Shown here in pieces: positions 10,025-21,032 of a DNA stretch of 64,000 bases. The position numbers and the translations under genes are program-made. How positions within the stretch are numbered: position 1 is the first letter of the stretch; the number at the start of each line of letters is the position of its first letter. The stretch lies in the IMG/VR virus record IMGVR_UViG_3300017963_000192, positions 62,001 to 126,000 of that record. One strand, 5' to 3'. The notes beneath the pieces are model-generated. The model ran no database searches. It saw only the letters and a program-made list of their open reading frames with translations, and was not told where the DNA came from.

Positions 10025-10474
10025 TTATATATATATTATCCCTTTAACCCATTTTTTATTTTCATACAGACTAGTAGATTCTCCTTTATCATTTGCTGTA
10101 GGAGTGGTAGGTGTCTCTTTTTTCGTATCTTGTCCTATTGCGTCTTGATTAGCTTGGTATTCTTCTTTAGGCAACGCTGGACAATTAACGAAAAGAGGTG
10201 GAGGAACTTCTATTCTAAAACCAAACACAGGAAAATTAAATAGAGGTGGAAAAGAAAAAGAAGGTATTCCTGGAATAGATAATGTTGGTGTAGTTTTAGT
10301 ATAATCACACGGATCATCAGTTCCGCAATATGTAGAGAAAGGACAAGTGTATGATATGGTAATTGGCGGAGGTAATCCTATTCCTAAAGGAGGAGTTGTT
10401 ATTGTTGGTAATATTGGTATAGCTGGTGCTTCTACTTCTATTACAACAGGCTCGAATATTTGCATTTCAGGCAT
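10025..10474 (-). CDS. Pro-rich hypothetical protein
   Basis: 149-aa ORF, AGGAG RBS, tight packing. Confidence 0.55.
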   Translation of the reverse strand: MPEMQIFEPVVIEVEAPAIPILPTITTPPLGIGLPPPITISYTCPFSTYCGTDDPCDYTKTTPTLSIPGIPSFSFPPLFNFPVFGFRIEVPPPLFVNCPALPKEEYQANQDAIGQDTKKETPTTPTANDKGESTSLYENKKWVKGIIYI

Positions 10475-10476
10475 AA

Positions 10477-10929
10477 CTAACTCCTTTTATTAATTTGTTG
10501 ATTTATAATCTTTCCAGATGCAAAAAGATTATAAATAGAATCCACAAATTCATCTACAATATCATCCCATTCTAATCCTTTAAATTTATTACATATTTTA
10601 ATGAATTTATCTATTTCTTTTTGAGGATATTTTACAAAAACTCTATGAGGATATTCCAACGTACTAAAACCATTCAGGAATTGAAGTGTAACATTATCTA
10701 AATAATCAAATTTCTTTGATATAATCATAGAACCAAGATTTATTTGAAACTCCATTAGTCTTCCCCAATCATATCCTATATGACTAGGACTACCTTTCTT
10801 ATTAGTTATATGAAAAGTTCTAAATAAATCACCAATTAAATGAGGCACTACTTGAGATATTACCTCAAGAGAATAACCCGATGTTCTATATCCTTTAATT
10901 CCTTTTAATAAGAAATCTTTGTCTGTCAT
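10477..10929 (-). CDS. Hypothetical protein
   Basis: ATGA overlap with the upstream spike gene. Confidence 0.55.
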   Translation of the reverse strand: MTDKDFLLKGIKGYRTSGYSLEVISQVVPHLIGDLFRTFHITNKKGSPSHIGYDWGRLMEFQINLGSMIISKKFDYLDNVTLQFLNGFSTLEYPHRVFVKYPQKEIDKFIKICNKFKGLEWDDIVDEFVDSIYNLFASGKIINQQINKRS

Positions 10930-12308
10930 CCTACGTTAACTCCAGTACTTGCTATCTGTCCAGACATAACCATTGTCATCAAAGGTACTGCCGGAGGACC
11001 AGATGGACCTAAATGTATATGTGCATCTAGCATTGCGGCAGTCATCTTTGCTTTAAAAACTGTATCCCCATTAACAGCAGCCAACATTCCACCAAAGGTA
11101 AATTTTTCTGCGTCAAAATTTATTTCTTTAGCATTTAAACTTATATAAGCCTCTGCCATATTCAATGTTAATCCCATACTATTTAACTTGACGTTTCTAC
11201 CACTACCATCACTGAGATTTATTTCTGGAGCACCATCTTTGTCAGTTTTTAAATCCACAAATCCACCTTTATGTGTTAAGCTTATACCAGAATCGGAAAC
11301 ATCTATATAATTTTCTGGAGTAACTCGCAATCCCTTGCTTGAATTTGTTGTATCAGATGTTGACTTTGGAGCGGTAAATTTAGTATGACTCCTACCTAGA
11401 TTATCTAATATATAGAAAGAACTGTTTTCTGTTATAGCCATTCCACCACCATTTGTCATTCTAACAAAAAATTGAACACGCTCACCACCTATTTCCATAG
11501 GTCGTCCTTTCTCATCTATTACTTGAGATGCTAATGACATCCAACCAGTTTGTGGACTTGAATTTGCTATATCTCCTTGTTTAAAATCTAAATCTTCCCC
11601 ATCCTCATCTTGTAAAGTTCCTACTTGGACAGTAAATTCTTTATGATGTTCATAAGGTTCTATAGTCCCGTCTTCTTGTTCTATTAATTCAGATAAAGGT
11701 TTGAAAGGTTCCTCTTCATCTTCGGTTTCTACAAAATAATCTTCTTTTCTTAATGTTCCAGATAAAGATCGTCTTACATTTCCCGCTCTAATACGAACCC
11801 CATCCATTTCATATTTCATATTAGCGAAATAACCTTCGAGAGTACTAGAAAAACTATCAAGTTTAACATAAGAATTATTTGAAGATTTCATAAGAACATT
11901 ACCATCATTTGTTAAAAGAACCTCATTTCCAGAAAGTCCTAATAATTGAACCTCACCTTCTTCTAAATATCTTTGTAAGAGTATTGGTGTTGTTTTCTTT
12001 CCTAATAAATCTGACGTAAGTGAACTCAAACCATCTAATGCGTACCCTATATGAAAATAATTTTCACCGCTTTTTAATAAAAGTACAATAGAATCACGAG
12101 CTACTGGCATAATTCTTACTCCTATACCATGATATGAAATCATATTATTAATAGGTATATCTGGAATCATTTGTTCTATATCTCTTACATATACAGTCAT
12201 CGTTTGCGACTCACTATCTACACCATAAACATTAGCCCAAACTACTGTTTGGACATCTGATTCGTTTTCTATTTTTAATGAAGGAAAATTATAAATGTCT
12301 TCAGCCAT
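10926..12308 (-). CDS. Central baseplate spike (gpV/gp5/VgrG-tip-like)
   Basis: N-terminal OB-fold-like region, beta-rich C-terminus ending LDAHIHLGP (HxH metal-binding apex). Confidence 0.65.
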   Translation of the reverse strand: MAEDIYNFPSLKIENESDVQTVVWANVYGVDSESQTMTVYVRDIEQMIPDIPINNMISYHGIGVRIMPVARDSIVLLLKSGENYFHIGYALDGLSSLTSDLLGKKTTPILLQRYLEEGEVQLLGLSGNEVLLTNDGNVLMKSSNNSYVKLDSFSSTLEGYFANMKYEMDGVRIRAGNVRRSLSGTLRKEDYFVETEDEEEPFKPLSELIEQEDGTIEPYEHHKEFTVQVGTLQDEDGEDLDFKQGDIANSSPQTGWMSLASQVIDEKGRPMEIGGERVQFFVRMTNGGGMAITENSSFYILDNLGRSHTKFTAPKSTSDTTNSSKGLRVTPENYIDVSDSGISLTHKGGFVDLKTDKDGAPEINLSDGSGRNVKLNSMGLTLNMAEAYISLNAKEINFDAEKFTFGGMLAAVNGDTVFKAKMTAAMLDAHIHLGPSGPPAVPLMTMVMSGQIASTGVNVG

Positions 12309-12326
12309 TTTTACCTCTTTTCTATT

Positions 12327-15300
12327 TTATTTTTCTTCCTCACCTTGTTGTACAAAATCTTTAATATAGGCATAGAGTGGTAATTCTAATTCCCAACCAA
12401 TATCTATACTAAATTTATCAACATTTCTATCATCTAATGGTGTTATTCTATCAATAGTAATACCACTAGATACAACAATATCTATTAATTGAACATAAAG
12501 AGATTTATCTCTTCCTATAAGTTTATTTCTTTCGTACAATGAAGCAGCATCTCCAATTTCTGTTTCAGAAGGTGTCCTTTTTCCTAACGGTTTATCTGTT
12601 TTTTTGCCTTCCGTTGCTTTAGGTGCATAAACACCTTGTATTCCATAAACTTTCCAACATGCTAAACGATGTTCTTCTTTTTTCTTTTTAATATCATTAT
12701 CTATATTTTTTAAAGCTATTTTATCTTGTTTTAAATACCTACTGGTTTGTTTTACATGTCTTAATATTTCAGCAGAGTTATATTCTTCCAATAATTTTAA
12801 TGCATCTTCAGAATTTGTAATGTCAATTTGTTTCATCTCTTTTTTCTCTAATAAATCATCTAAACTTATCTCTAATTTTATTATATTATCTAGAGCTATT
12901 TGAATTGTTCTACAAATTGCTATTAAATCAACACCGACACTTGAAACCTGTTGAAGAGTATCTGGATAATCTTTAGCTATAGGATCAGTTGTAGAAGACC
13001 CTTTACTCCTAACAACATTATCTGACACTCCTTTTTTATCATATTCCATATGTCCTATCCAATCGTGAGCACAGTAAAGTCCTCCAGCAAATCCTGCACC
13101 ACTTAATTGAAAAACAGAACTTCCAATTTCTCCGCCAACTCTACCACCTATAGCATTACCTACTGCACCCCCCATAGCACCAAATCCACCACTTACAATT
13201 CCTTTTGAGAATTGATTCATTTCAGATATGGATTTGTAATAACTAATAGCAGCTTTTCCAAAATAACTATTTTTAATATTACCAGAAAGTGTATCTAATT
13301 CGCCTAAAGAATAGTTATATGTCAATGAATTTTTTCTAATATATGTTAAATCTAAAGATGTCTGAAAATCAGAACCGATACTATAACTCAAACTAAATTT
13401 TTCTAACAATCCTATTGAATCTTTTCTTTCACAGTAATAAGGTCTATTTAACATTAATTCTGGTCTTCCTATTATATCCATATGAATAACATGAGACCTC
13501 CCAAATAATCTATTAAAACTTGTTACTGCATACCTCTGTGCTTCAGCACCATTATCTATCATATTATTTCTTATTACTGGACCAGCATTATAACCATATC
13601 TTCTAACCATATCGGTTCTTGGATTATAATAACCAGATTTTTCTAAATCTCTTAATCTACCCAATGTTAACATAGTACCTGTTTTAAATAGTTTTGTATT
13701 GGCTTTTTGTATTCCAAGAGTTGTAAATTCTTCAAATTTTTCTTTTAGTGTTGTTCCTACTGCTAATATATGAACTTCATACATATCTAATAATTCAGTT
13801 GCAACTTTTTGTTTTGTTCCAGCATCTACAAAACTATTTGTTATATTTGTAGAATTAGCTTTTTGATTGCTTGTGGATATAGAAGAATCAGAATTGGCCA
13901 CAAACCAACTTTTTAATTGATCTGTTTTTTTTAATTCGACAGTTTTACTTGCTGTTGTTAGAGTTCCTTTTTTTTGAGACTGTGTTCTTTCTAAAAGATT
14001 TAATGTTTCTGGACATAATCCATTTAATATTCTATATTGTCCTCTAGTAAACCCTTCTAAACCATATCTGTTATTTCTATCTTCTGCTATTTGACCATAA
14101 ATCGTCCCATTTGTATCAGACCTAACATCAGAACATAAAAGAGTTCTCCATAAAAATCGTTCATCATATTTATCAATAGCCAAATCATAAAAATAATTAA
14201 CGGTATCTTGAAAAAAAACTTGAATAGTTGTATTCATTTGATTTTTGAAAAAATCACTTTTTAAAAGCTTAAAATAATCTTCTTTTAATTGTTGTACTCT
14301 TTCTGTAATCCATACAGGAGAGACATTAAAATCGCTTCTTCTTATTTTATACCCAAAACCATCTGCTAAATATACTCCTGGTGTAAAACCTCTTTTCTTT
14401 TTAGGATCATATATTGATTGACCAGAAAGTAATGCTATATTTTGTTCTGAAAAAGGTTTTAATGCACTTTCTTCTATACCCCCTCTTCCACTAACAGAAC
14501 CTATAACAGTTATATGGGTTTTTATATTTTCGGGTTTAAAAGTAAAGGTACATCTTATTCTATCTTTTTCCATAATGAAAAATGGATGATTAGCTTTTGG
14601 ATTAAACATATAAGCTCTGTCTTTTCTTTCTCTTTTAAGTCCAGAATATTCACTAGCATCTATTGATCTAAATCTTATTTCTTTTTCTTTTATGATAATT
14701 GACCTGCTCTCTACTTTACCTATTTTAGTAATATCTTTTGCTAAAACATAGTCGGTAGGATGAGAGTCATACATTTCTGGTTCTATAAAAATGTCCCCCA
14801 TAGGAGATGTGTAAAATTTGAATTCTATAGCAGAACATATTTCTTTTAAAGCTTCATAGCTTGTTGTTGTTGCTTCTTTTTGTAATTGAAGTTGTCCTAT
14901 TGCTGTTGCAATTAATCCTTTATTCTTATCCATAAATTTAGTAGGCATTACAACAAAAGTTCTTGGTCTAAATAAGTTTATGTTGCTACCTTTAGTTTCC
15001 TCGTTTCCTCCTGGTCTATATTCTGTAGGACTTCCAGCTACAAGTTCTCTTATTTTTTCATTAGGGGAAACGTTCAAATTGTCTAGTTTACTGCTTTGTT
15101 CAGGTGTTTCTCTCCAAATAGAGTCTCCTGCAACAGTAAAACACTCTGACCAAACATGCCCTAATACATTGAAATAATTCATAAAGTCATAAGTCAAGGC
15201 TGGATGTATTCCAGCAATACCTATTGAATTTGTACTTTTACCATCAGCCCAACCAGTAAGCTTACTTTCTTTTGCTGGTTTTCCTATTGTGGGTCTTACT

Positions 15301-16589
15301 TCCCAAAATCTAACAGATGCATTATATCTCAATGCTAACTCTTTTCCATCAAATATTGGTAAATCTATTCTATTAAGTTGTGTATATAAAGATAACCATT
15401 CTCCAAAAGGATTGGTATTTAATTTACCTCCTTGTGGACTTATTGTGCCAGAGCTTATAAGATGACCAGCATTTGAAAATGTTGTACCATCGTTTACAAA
15501 AACATTTGTATCTTTTTTACCCCATGTTAACATAAAATCATTTTCAGCACTTGTAAAACTCCAATCTTTTTTACCTATACTAAAGTTTTGTTCTAACATA
15601 TCTCTAACTTTGGCAATATCTTTTAAAGAAGCTTCTGATATTTTTGATTTTAAATTACCTAAATCTCCATAAAGAGGATTGCAGTTTTTAACTTGCATTT
15701 TTCTATATGTACTATTAGTACCAAACAATACCATACTAACCGCTCGATCTAATGTAATTCCTTTTTTACCCCAAGCTTTATCACGAATATTAAATTTCAT
15801 TTTTTGATGTATATTTCTAGTAGCAGTTTCATAATTTCCAGCATTTATTAAAGAACCTTGTTTAACATACTTATCTCTTTTAAGAAAATAAAGAATATCT
15901 TCACAATGAAGATCTAATGTCATATCTTGTCCAAACGTATCAGCATCATCCCAACTAACAAGCACGCCAGTAAAAGCAAAATACCAATAAGGACTAAACC
16001 GTCCTTTCATAAAAACCATAACAGGATCTCTATAATCAAATACTAAATCACCTACTCTTTTATCAATACCACTAAAATATTTAGTTTCAAACGCCATTCG
16101 TGTAACATTAAAAGGATACGGAACATTAGGATTCCCTGCTGAAAACCAACCAGCTACTTGATTATATTGATTTAGATAATCTTTTTTTAGAAACATCTTC
16201 ATCATATCTGGTCTGATTGGTTTAATTCTTTTAAATTGATCATATTCGTAAGTTGCTAAAATATCTTTATCTTCTCTCCAATTTTTAGACAAATCAGCTT
16301 TGCTTATTTCGTATTTTCCTCTTGGGTTGGATAATCTTATTCGGCAAGTATTACCGCTTAAACTATTATCAACAGTAACAGATTCAATATCTTTTGAAAC
16401 ATCAGCACCAAAAATAAAAACTCTACATTCTGGTACTAAATCTATAATAGAAACCCCATCATCACGAACTCTTTCAAATTCTGACGCATCATAAGAAACT
16501 CCGCCACCAGGAAATGTTCCAAAGACACTCCCCCTATCTACATCTCCCTTTGTTTGAAAAATTCTCTCTGTTCCAACTCTAACACCCAT
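12327..16589 (-). CDS. Large baseplate hub / tail-associated protein
   Basis: 1420 aa between tape measure and spike; hub-like segments (FYTSPMGDIFIE, MDIIGRPELMLNRPYY). Confidence 0.5.
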   Translation of the reverse strand: MGVRVGTERIFQTKGDVDRGSVFGTFPGGGVSYDASEFERVRDDGVSIIDLVPECRVFIFGADVSKDIESVTVDNSLSGNTCRIRLSNPRGKYEISKADLSKNWREDKDILATYEYDQFKRIKPIRPDMMKMFLKKDYLNQYNQVAGWFSAGNPNVPYPFNVTRMAFETKYFSGIDKRVGDLVFDYRDPVMVFMKGRFSPYWYFAFTGVLVSWDDADTFGQDMTLDLHCEDILYFLKRDKYVKQGSLINAGNYETATRNIHQKMKFNIRDKAWGKKGITLDRAVSMVLFGTNSTYRKMQVKNCNPLYGDLGNLKSKISEASLKDIAKVRDMLEQNFSIGKKDWSFTSAENDFMLTWGKKDTNVFVNDGTTFSNAGHLISSGTISPQGGKLNTNPFGEWLSLYTQLNRIDLPIFDGKELALRYNASVRFWEVRPTIGKPAKESKLTGWADGKSTNSIGIAGIHPALTYDFMNYFNVLGHVWSECFTVAGDSIWRETPEQSSKLDNLNVSPNEKIRELVAGSPTEYRPGGNEETKGSNINLFRPRTFVVMPTKFMDKNKGLIATAIGQLQLQKEATTTSYEALKEICSAIEFKFYTSPMGDIFIEPEMYDSHPTDYVLAKDITKIGKVESRSIIIKEKEIRFRSIDASEYSGLKRERKDRAYMFNPKANHPFFIMEKDRIRCTFTFKPENIKTHITVIGSVSGRGGIEESALKPFSEQNIALLSGQSIYDPKKKRGFTPGVYLADGFGYKIRRSDFNVSPVWITERVQQLKEDYFKLLKSDFFKNQMNTTIQVFFQDTVNYFYDLAIDKYDERFLWRTLLCSDVRSDTNGTIYGQIAEDRNNRYGLEGFTRGQYRILNGLCPETLNLLERTQSQKKGTLTTASKTVELKKTDQLKSWFVANSDSSISTSNQKANSTNITNSFVDAGTKQKVATELLDMYEVHILAVGTTLKEKFEEFTTLGIQKANTKLFKTGTMLTLGRLRDLEKSGYYNPRTDMVRRYGYNAGPVIRNNMIDNGAEAQRYAVTSFNRLFGRSHVIHMDIIGRPELMLNRPYYCERKDSIGLLEKFSLSYSIGSDFQTSLDLTYIRKNSLTYNYSLGELDTLSGNIKNSYFGKAAISYYKSISEMNQFSKGIVSGGFGAMGGAVGNAIGGRVGGEIGSSVFQLSGAGFAGGLYCAHDWIGHMEYDKKGVSDNVVRSKGSSTTDPIAKDYPDTLQQVSSVGVDLIAICRTIQIALDNIIKLEISLDDLLEKKEMKQIDITNSEDALKLLEEYNSAEILRHVKQTSRYLKQDKIALKNIDNDIKKKKEEHRLACWKVYGIQGVYAPKATEGKKTDKPLGKRTPSETEIGDAASLYERNKLIGRDKSLYVQLIDIVVSSGITIDRITPLDDRNVDKFSIDIGWELELPLYAYIKDFVQQGEEEK

Positions 16590-17341
16590 TAAGAACCGCC
16601 CCTTAAAACACTTCCTACAACAGAACCTTTACCACTACTTCCAAACATACTTAATTTTCTATCAAGTAATGTTACTGGAACTATATTTTCTATGGTGAAT
16701 TCAAAATCATAAGAGATTGTTTGAACATCATCTGAAGTTTCTGGAACATCAAATTTTGTATAATATCCTTCACAAATAACTCCATCTGGATATTGTTTTG
16801 TATATATTTTAATCATTTTCATATTATAATGCTCAACTCCTTGACTATCTATGAAATACATTGGTTCTTCAGCAATATCCCTTAACCTATTTAAGAATAC
16901 TCTTGGGGAATTGTTAGTATTATCACTTTGTAATCCACCTCTGCTTTTAGGACTCCATCTTTCAAAATTTGTTTTACCTCCAACCTCTGTATCATTTGGG
17001 TTATATTTATATCCTGTTAATGCTAAAAATGAATGACCAAAACTATCTCCATCAACTTGAGAAGGTATTCCTACCCAACCACATTGACCAGATACTGACA
17101 TTTTTGGGGTATCTTTTCTATAATGATAAGTAACAATTGAACCTGCGGTGTGTTGAGGCTTTTGTATAAAGTTAGTACTTATAGTAACTTTTTCTGGATT
17201 AATCCACATCTCATACCAACTAAAAGCGGATTGCAAAATATTTCCTGCAATCCCTCCTAGTTTAACACCTCCAAGTATTCCACTTGTTGTTTTTTCTTGT
17301 GTCATTTTTGATGAAAATTGAAACGGTGTTAGTCCTGCCAT
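16589..17341 (-). CDS. Tail tube initiator / distal tail-like protein
   Basis: WINPEKVTIS and ISYDFEFTIE motifs; directly after the tape measure gene. Confidence 0.45.
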   Translation of the reverse strand: MAGLTPFQFSSKMTQEKTTSGILGGVKLGGIAGNILQSAFSWYEMWINPEKVTISTNFIQKPQHTAGSIVTYHYRKDTPKMSVSGQCGWVGIPSQVDGDSFGHSFLALTGYKYNPNDTEVGGKTNFERWSPKSRGGLQSDNTNNSPRVFLNRLRDIAEEPMYFIDSQGVEHYNMKMIKIYTKQYPDGVICEGYYTKFDVPETSDDVQTISYDFEFTIENIVPVTLLDRKLSMFGSSGKGSVVGSVLRGGS

Positions 17342-17352
17342 ATATTAATCTC

Positions 17353-19800
17353 CTATGCGTGTTGACGAACAAGATGTGTTCTTAATTTATTTGCTATTGT
17401 ATCTGGATCTGAATCTGGTATTTGTAAGTAAATATTTGTAATGTTTCCTGCTTTTGTAACTTCTGTTTTTTCTCCTAATCCCCCTCTAGCACCTTCTTTT
17501 GATGTTACATCAACATTTCTTTTACTGTATACATACATTTCATTGTTTAATAGCTCACCGTCTTCTATTATTGCTGGAACACCACCTTTTATTGTACCAC
17601 CTCCGTGTTTTGTATCCACCCCCCACCCAGTTCTTGTCTTGAAACCTTTTTTACCTTGTTTTAATATATAATCACCAACACCAACCTTTTTAGTGAGGTC
17701 TTCCATGCCTTTTTTTATACTTAATGCACTTTGTTTGAGAGTATTTCCAACATCTATATTTTGTTTAAAACTCTTTAAATCCATATCGGCACCTTTTTTT
17801 GCTTTGTCTATGTAATCAGACCATTTTTCCATAACATTCTTTTCGCTAGAGAACCATTTTGATGGGCTAAATACTCTCATCATTGTTCCAGCCAATTTAA
17901 CAATACCTCCCGCAACCCATAATAGAGTAGGTTTTATAAATTTCCATATAACACCTATAATTGTAAAAACACTCATCATTATTCTCATTATAAGTCTTTG
18001 GATTTGCTCACCCCTTTCTTGAATAGATAGAGTTCTTTCCTGAATTTGTTTCGTTGTCATTAATTTTTTTTGAACTCTTGAGTCTTTTGCTAAAGATTTA
18101 AAATTATCTGTTTGCATCATTGTTATTCTTAATTGTTCGTCATCTACTCCAAACAATTCTTTTAACATTTTATTTTGAGTTATGAAAGCCTCTCCTTCAC
18201 TCATACCTTTAGTAGCATCTCTAACATAGCTCATCATAGATTCCATTTTAGTTGCATATACATCTGTTGTTTTTGTTCCTTCAAGTCCTTTTAAAACACC
18301 TTCTTTTGTAAAACCCATTCCCGTTGCTGTTTTATATCCAAATCGTGATGCAACAATTCCTCTACCAACACTCATTTCCTTTCCTGTTTCTTTTCTATAT
18401 TTCTCTCCATACATTCTTATTCCCATAAAGGCGTGCATACTATAATCCCATTTCTTTCCAAGAGTAGACATACCAGTAACTAATTTAGATAAACTGTCCC
18501 TTAAACTGATGCCCCAACCAGCTAAGTCTTTTTGTTTTTTAGCTAACATGTTTGTTACATTAGCAACTGAACGCATATCAACATTCATCATCCTAGCCTG
18601 TACTGATGCATCTGCAATTGCTTTTGAAAATTGTGTGGTTGATATTCCGGTAATCTTAGCCATTTTATCAGCCATTCCAAACATTGTTGACATATTTCTC
18701 ATTGCTTTTGAAGCATCTCCTGCGGATATCAGCATTTGCTCAAAATATTGTCGTGTTTGTGATGATGATAACTGCATTGTTTGACCTATTCTATACATTT
18801 GTGTTGCCATTGCAGTATTAGCTCTAGTACCTGTTTCTATAAATGCTGATGACCATTCTTCAGCTCTTTTTCTAATTCCCCCAGTAGCTTTCATCATACC
18901 ACTAAATAAATCTGCTCCACCACCTGCTCCAGTTCGTGCTTTAGCAAGAATATCAACTTTTTGTTTAGCAATCCAGTCTCCCAATGACATCATATACATC
19001 TTTACTGCCATTGTACCAAATGTTCCTATAAGATCTCCTAACATACCACCAAAAAGTGGTATTTTTTTTGCTAATCCAGAAAAGAAATCTATTGTTCCTT
19101 GATTAAGTCCTTGCAATCCGCCATCCCAAGCTTTGTGCATTAAATCCATAAATGTTGTAATTACTTTTGTTACCATTTTTGGTAAGAAAGTAATTGTACG
19201 AATAATTGCATCAATTACTAATTTCATTACATTTGCTACTGTGGATACTATTCCACCAACTCCTGGAATATTTTCTCCTAATTTTCCTATAACACTAAGA
19301 GGCCCCTTTCCAGGTGGTCCCCCTGGACCACCTGGACCACCTCCTACAAATTTAGAAATCCTTTCGAGTCTTGCTTTTTTCTTTTCTATTTCGTAAGTCT
19401 TTTCCATAATTCTTAATCTATCTTCTTCTTTTTGTAACTGTTCTTTATTTATTCCATCTATAGTTTTTAATTCTGCTTTTTGCTTTTTTAATTTTGCTAT
19501 GGCTTTGTCCATAGTTATGCCTTCTTCTTTCATTATTCTAGAAATTTGAGATTCAACTTTTAACTGTGCTAGATAAAAGCTTTTAGCCTCACGAGCCATA
19601 TCTTTATCATAGCCCATAATTTTGGCAGCTTTTTCTTTATCCGCTCCAGAAATATCTCCTAAATCTGCCATGTCTCTATGAAGACCATACGTCTCTGCTC
19701 TAGTACCTCTTGCAGTTTCAGAGGCGGCCTCCTTTCGAGATTCCTTTATACCTTCTAAATATTTCAATATGGAATCGGTTAATTTATCTAAATCTGCCAT
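17353..19800 (-). CDS. Tape measure protein
   Basis: 815-aa Ala/Gly/Met-rich helical protein following the tube gene and the frameshifted chaperone pair. Confidence 0.72.
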   Translation of the reverse strand: MADLDKLTDSILKYLEGIKESRKEAASETARGTRAETYGLHRDMADLGDISGADKEKAAKIMGYDKDMAREAKSFYLAQLKVESQISRIMKEEGITMDKAIAKLKKQKAELKTIDGINKEQLQKEEDRLRIMEKTYEIEKKKARLERISKFVGGGPGGPGGPPGKGPLSVIGKLGENIPGVGGIVSTVANVMKLVIDAIIRTITFLPKMVTKVITTFMDLMHKAWDGGLQGLNQGTIDFFSGLAKKIPLFGGMLGDLIGTFGTMAVKMYMMSLGDWIAKQKVDILAKARTGAGGGADLFSGMMKATGGIRKRAEEWSSAFIETGTRANTAMATQMYRIGQTMQLSSSQTRQYFEQMLISAGDASKAMRNMSTMFGMADKMAKITGISTTQFSKAIADASVQARMMNVDMRSVANVTNMLAKKQKDLAGWGISLRDSLSKLVTGMSTLGKKWDYSMHAFMGIRMYGEKYRKETGKEMSVGRGIVASRFGYKTATGMGFTKEGVLKGLEGTKTTDVYATKMESMMSYVRDATKGMSEGEAFITQNKMLKELFGVDDEQLRITMMQTDNFKSLAKDSRVQKKLMTTKQIQERTLSIQERGEQIQRLIMRIMMSVFTIIGVIWKFIKPTLLWVAGGIVKLAGTMMRVFSPSKWFSSEKNVMEKWSDYIDKAKKGADMDLKSFKQNIDVGNTLKQSALSIKKGMEDLTKKVGVGDYILKQGKKGFKTRTGWGVDTKHGGGTIKGGVPAIIEDGELLNNEMYVYSKRNVDVTSKEGARGGLGEKTEVTKAGNITNIYLQIPDSDPDTIANKLRTHLVRQHA

Positions 19801-19809
19801 ATAAATCTC

Positions 19810-20235
19810 CTATAAGCTTATTGCTGCTCCTGAAAAATTCTCTAACATTTCTTTATATTTTTCTTTAGGAATAAGAACATTTCCATTAGCATCAATAAGT
19901 CCAAGGTTATCATCATAACGAGTATCTGCAACTGCATGACTAACCCTAGTCTTACCATCTTGATAGCTAACGTCAAGAGGTTCTCCTGCTTTCTTCTTTT
20001 TCTCCATCTGCTCTTTCATACTTCGATACTGCTTATATATTTCGGGCTTAATTAATTGACCTATTAATTCAGCTTGTGGTTCTAAAGCTTCTTTCCAATT
20101 GACGTTATGTTGCATTCTTATCATATAAAACGACAAAAACCAATAATGGATGGGTAATCTTTTAACCTCTTCGGAGTATGGATTCCATTTATTGTAAAGA
20201 CAGACGTAGTATCTTACGAAATTCTCGTCACCCAC
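19810..20235 (-). CDS. Tail assembly chaperone, -1 frame extension (gpT-like part of gpGT)
   Basis: This frame stays open upstream to the slippery site at 20280-20286; listed GTG start lacks an obvious RBS. Confidence 0.75.
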   Translation of the reverse strand: MGDENFVRYYVCLYNKWNPYSEEVKRLPIHYWFLSFYMIRMQHNVNWKEALEPQAELIGQLIKPEIYKQYRSMKEQMEKKKKAGEPLDVSYQDGKTRVSHAVADTRYDDNLGLIDANGNVLIPKEKYKEMLENFSGAAISL

Positions 20236-20286
20236 CAGGTTGATACAATCTTCCCAGTTTTCTGATGGGTGACTTAGGAGTTTTTT
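20227..20286 (-). promoter_or_regulatory. Programmed -1 ribosomal frameshift: A AAA AAC, 6-nt spacer, 12-bp stimulatory hairpin
   Basis: TTA AAA AAC TCC TAA then GTCACCCATCAG...CTGGTGGGTGAC (one G-U pair); the -1 frame reads LLSHPSENWEDCINLVGDENF into the next ORF. Confidence 0.85.
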
Positions 20287-20993
20287 AACTCTTCAATCGC
20301 AGCTCCTCGTCTTTCTTCCATTTCGAGATATTTCTCGTATAGAATATCTATAACATTTGGAGGTAACGCTTCTAAGTATGCTCGCAAAGCTCTTCTTACA
20401 GCCACGTGATATTCCATTCTATTCATATTAAAATCTGAAAGTTTGATGTCTTCAAACCATTCATAAACAGAAACATCATCTATAGCCTCTAAAGAATAAA
20501 TAATAGTACCAAACATTACAGACATCACCCTACCGGATTGAGTGGATAGGGTGTCTTTAACTTCATCTAGAGATAAAAGAGTATCACCCTGATCTAAAGC
20601 TCTTAAAGTCCACTTATGCCCAAAAATATCAAAATCCTCTGTATGTTCTCCTTTTGAGATAAGTTGTTTTAAAACTTCTTTAGGATTTTTTGGAGCACCT
20701 TGAAATTTTGTTTTCTGTGCTTCTGCAACATCCCTTCTAATTCTATCTTCAACAGTATCAATCTTATTCATAGTCTGATCTACTTTCTGATTGATTTGTG
20801 CCCTCCTTTCAGCATTAGGAAGTTGTTCTGTTGTGTGTAAATCAGGAATAGGACTTCCCATATTTTGTTGAGGTATTGTTGTAGCAATAGGTTGTTGTGG
20901 AGGTTGGTTATTCATTTGATCAGAAGTTAATAAATCTCCACTGTGTATACCTTGCCCTTGTACGGGATTTCCCGTATTCTCTTTTGGTTTCAT
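20274..20993 (-). CDS. Tail assembly chaperone (gpG-like)
   Basis: Between tube and tape measure genes; ends at a slippery heptamer. Confidence 0.75.
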   Translation of the reverse strand: MKPKENTGNPVQGQGIHSGDLLTSDQMNNQPPQQPIATTIPQQNMGSPIPDLHTTEQLPNAERRAQINQKVDQTMNKIDTVEDRIRRDVAEAQKTKFQGAPKNPKEVLKQLISKGEHTEDFDIFGHKWTLRALDQGDTLLSLDEVKDTLSTQSGRVMSVMFGTIIYSLEAIDDVSVYEWFEDIKLSDFNMNRMEYHVAVRRALRAYLEALPPNVIDILYEKYLEMEERRGAAIEELKNS

Positions 20994-21032
20994 TTCATTT
21001 GTCTCCTTAATTTATAAATACCCTAATAATTA

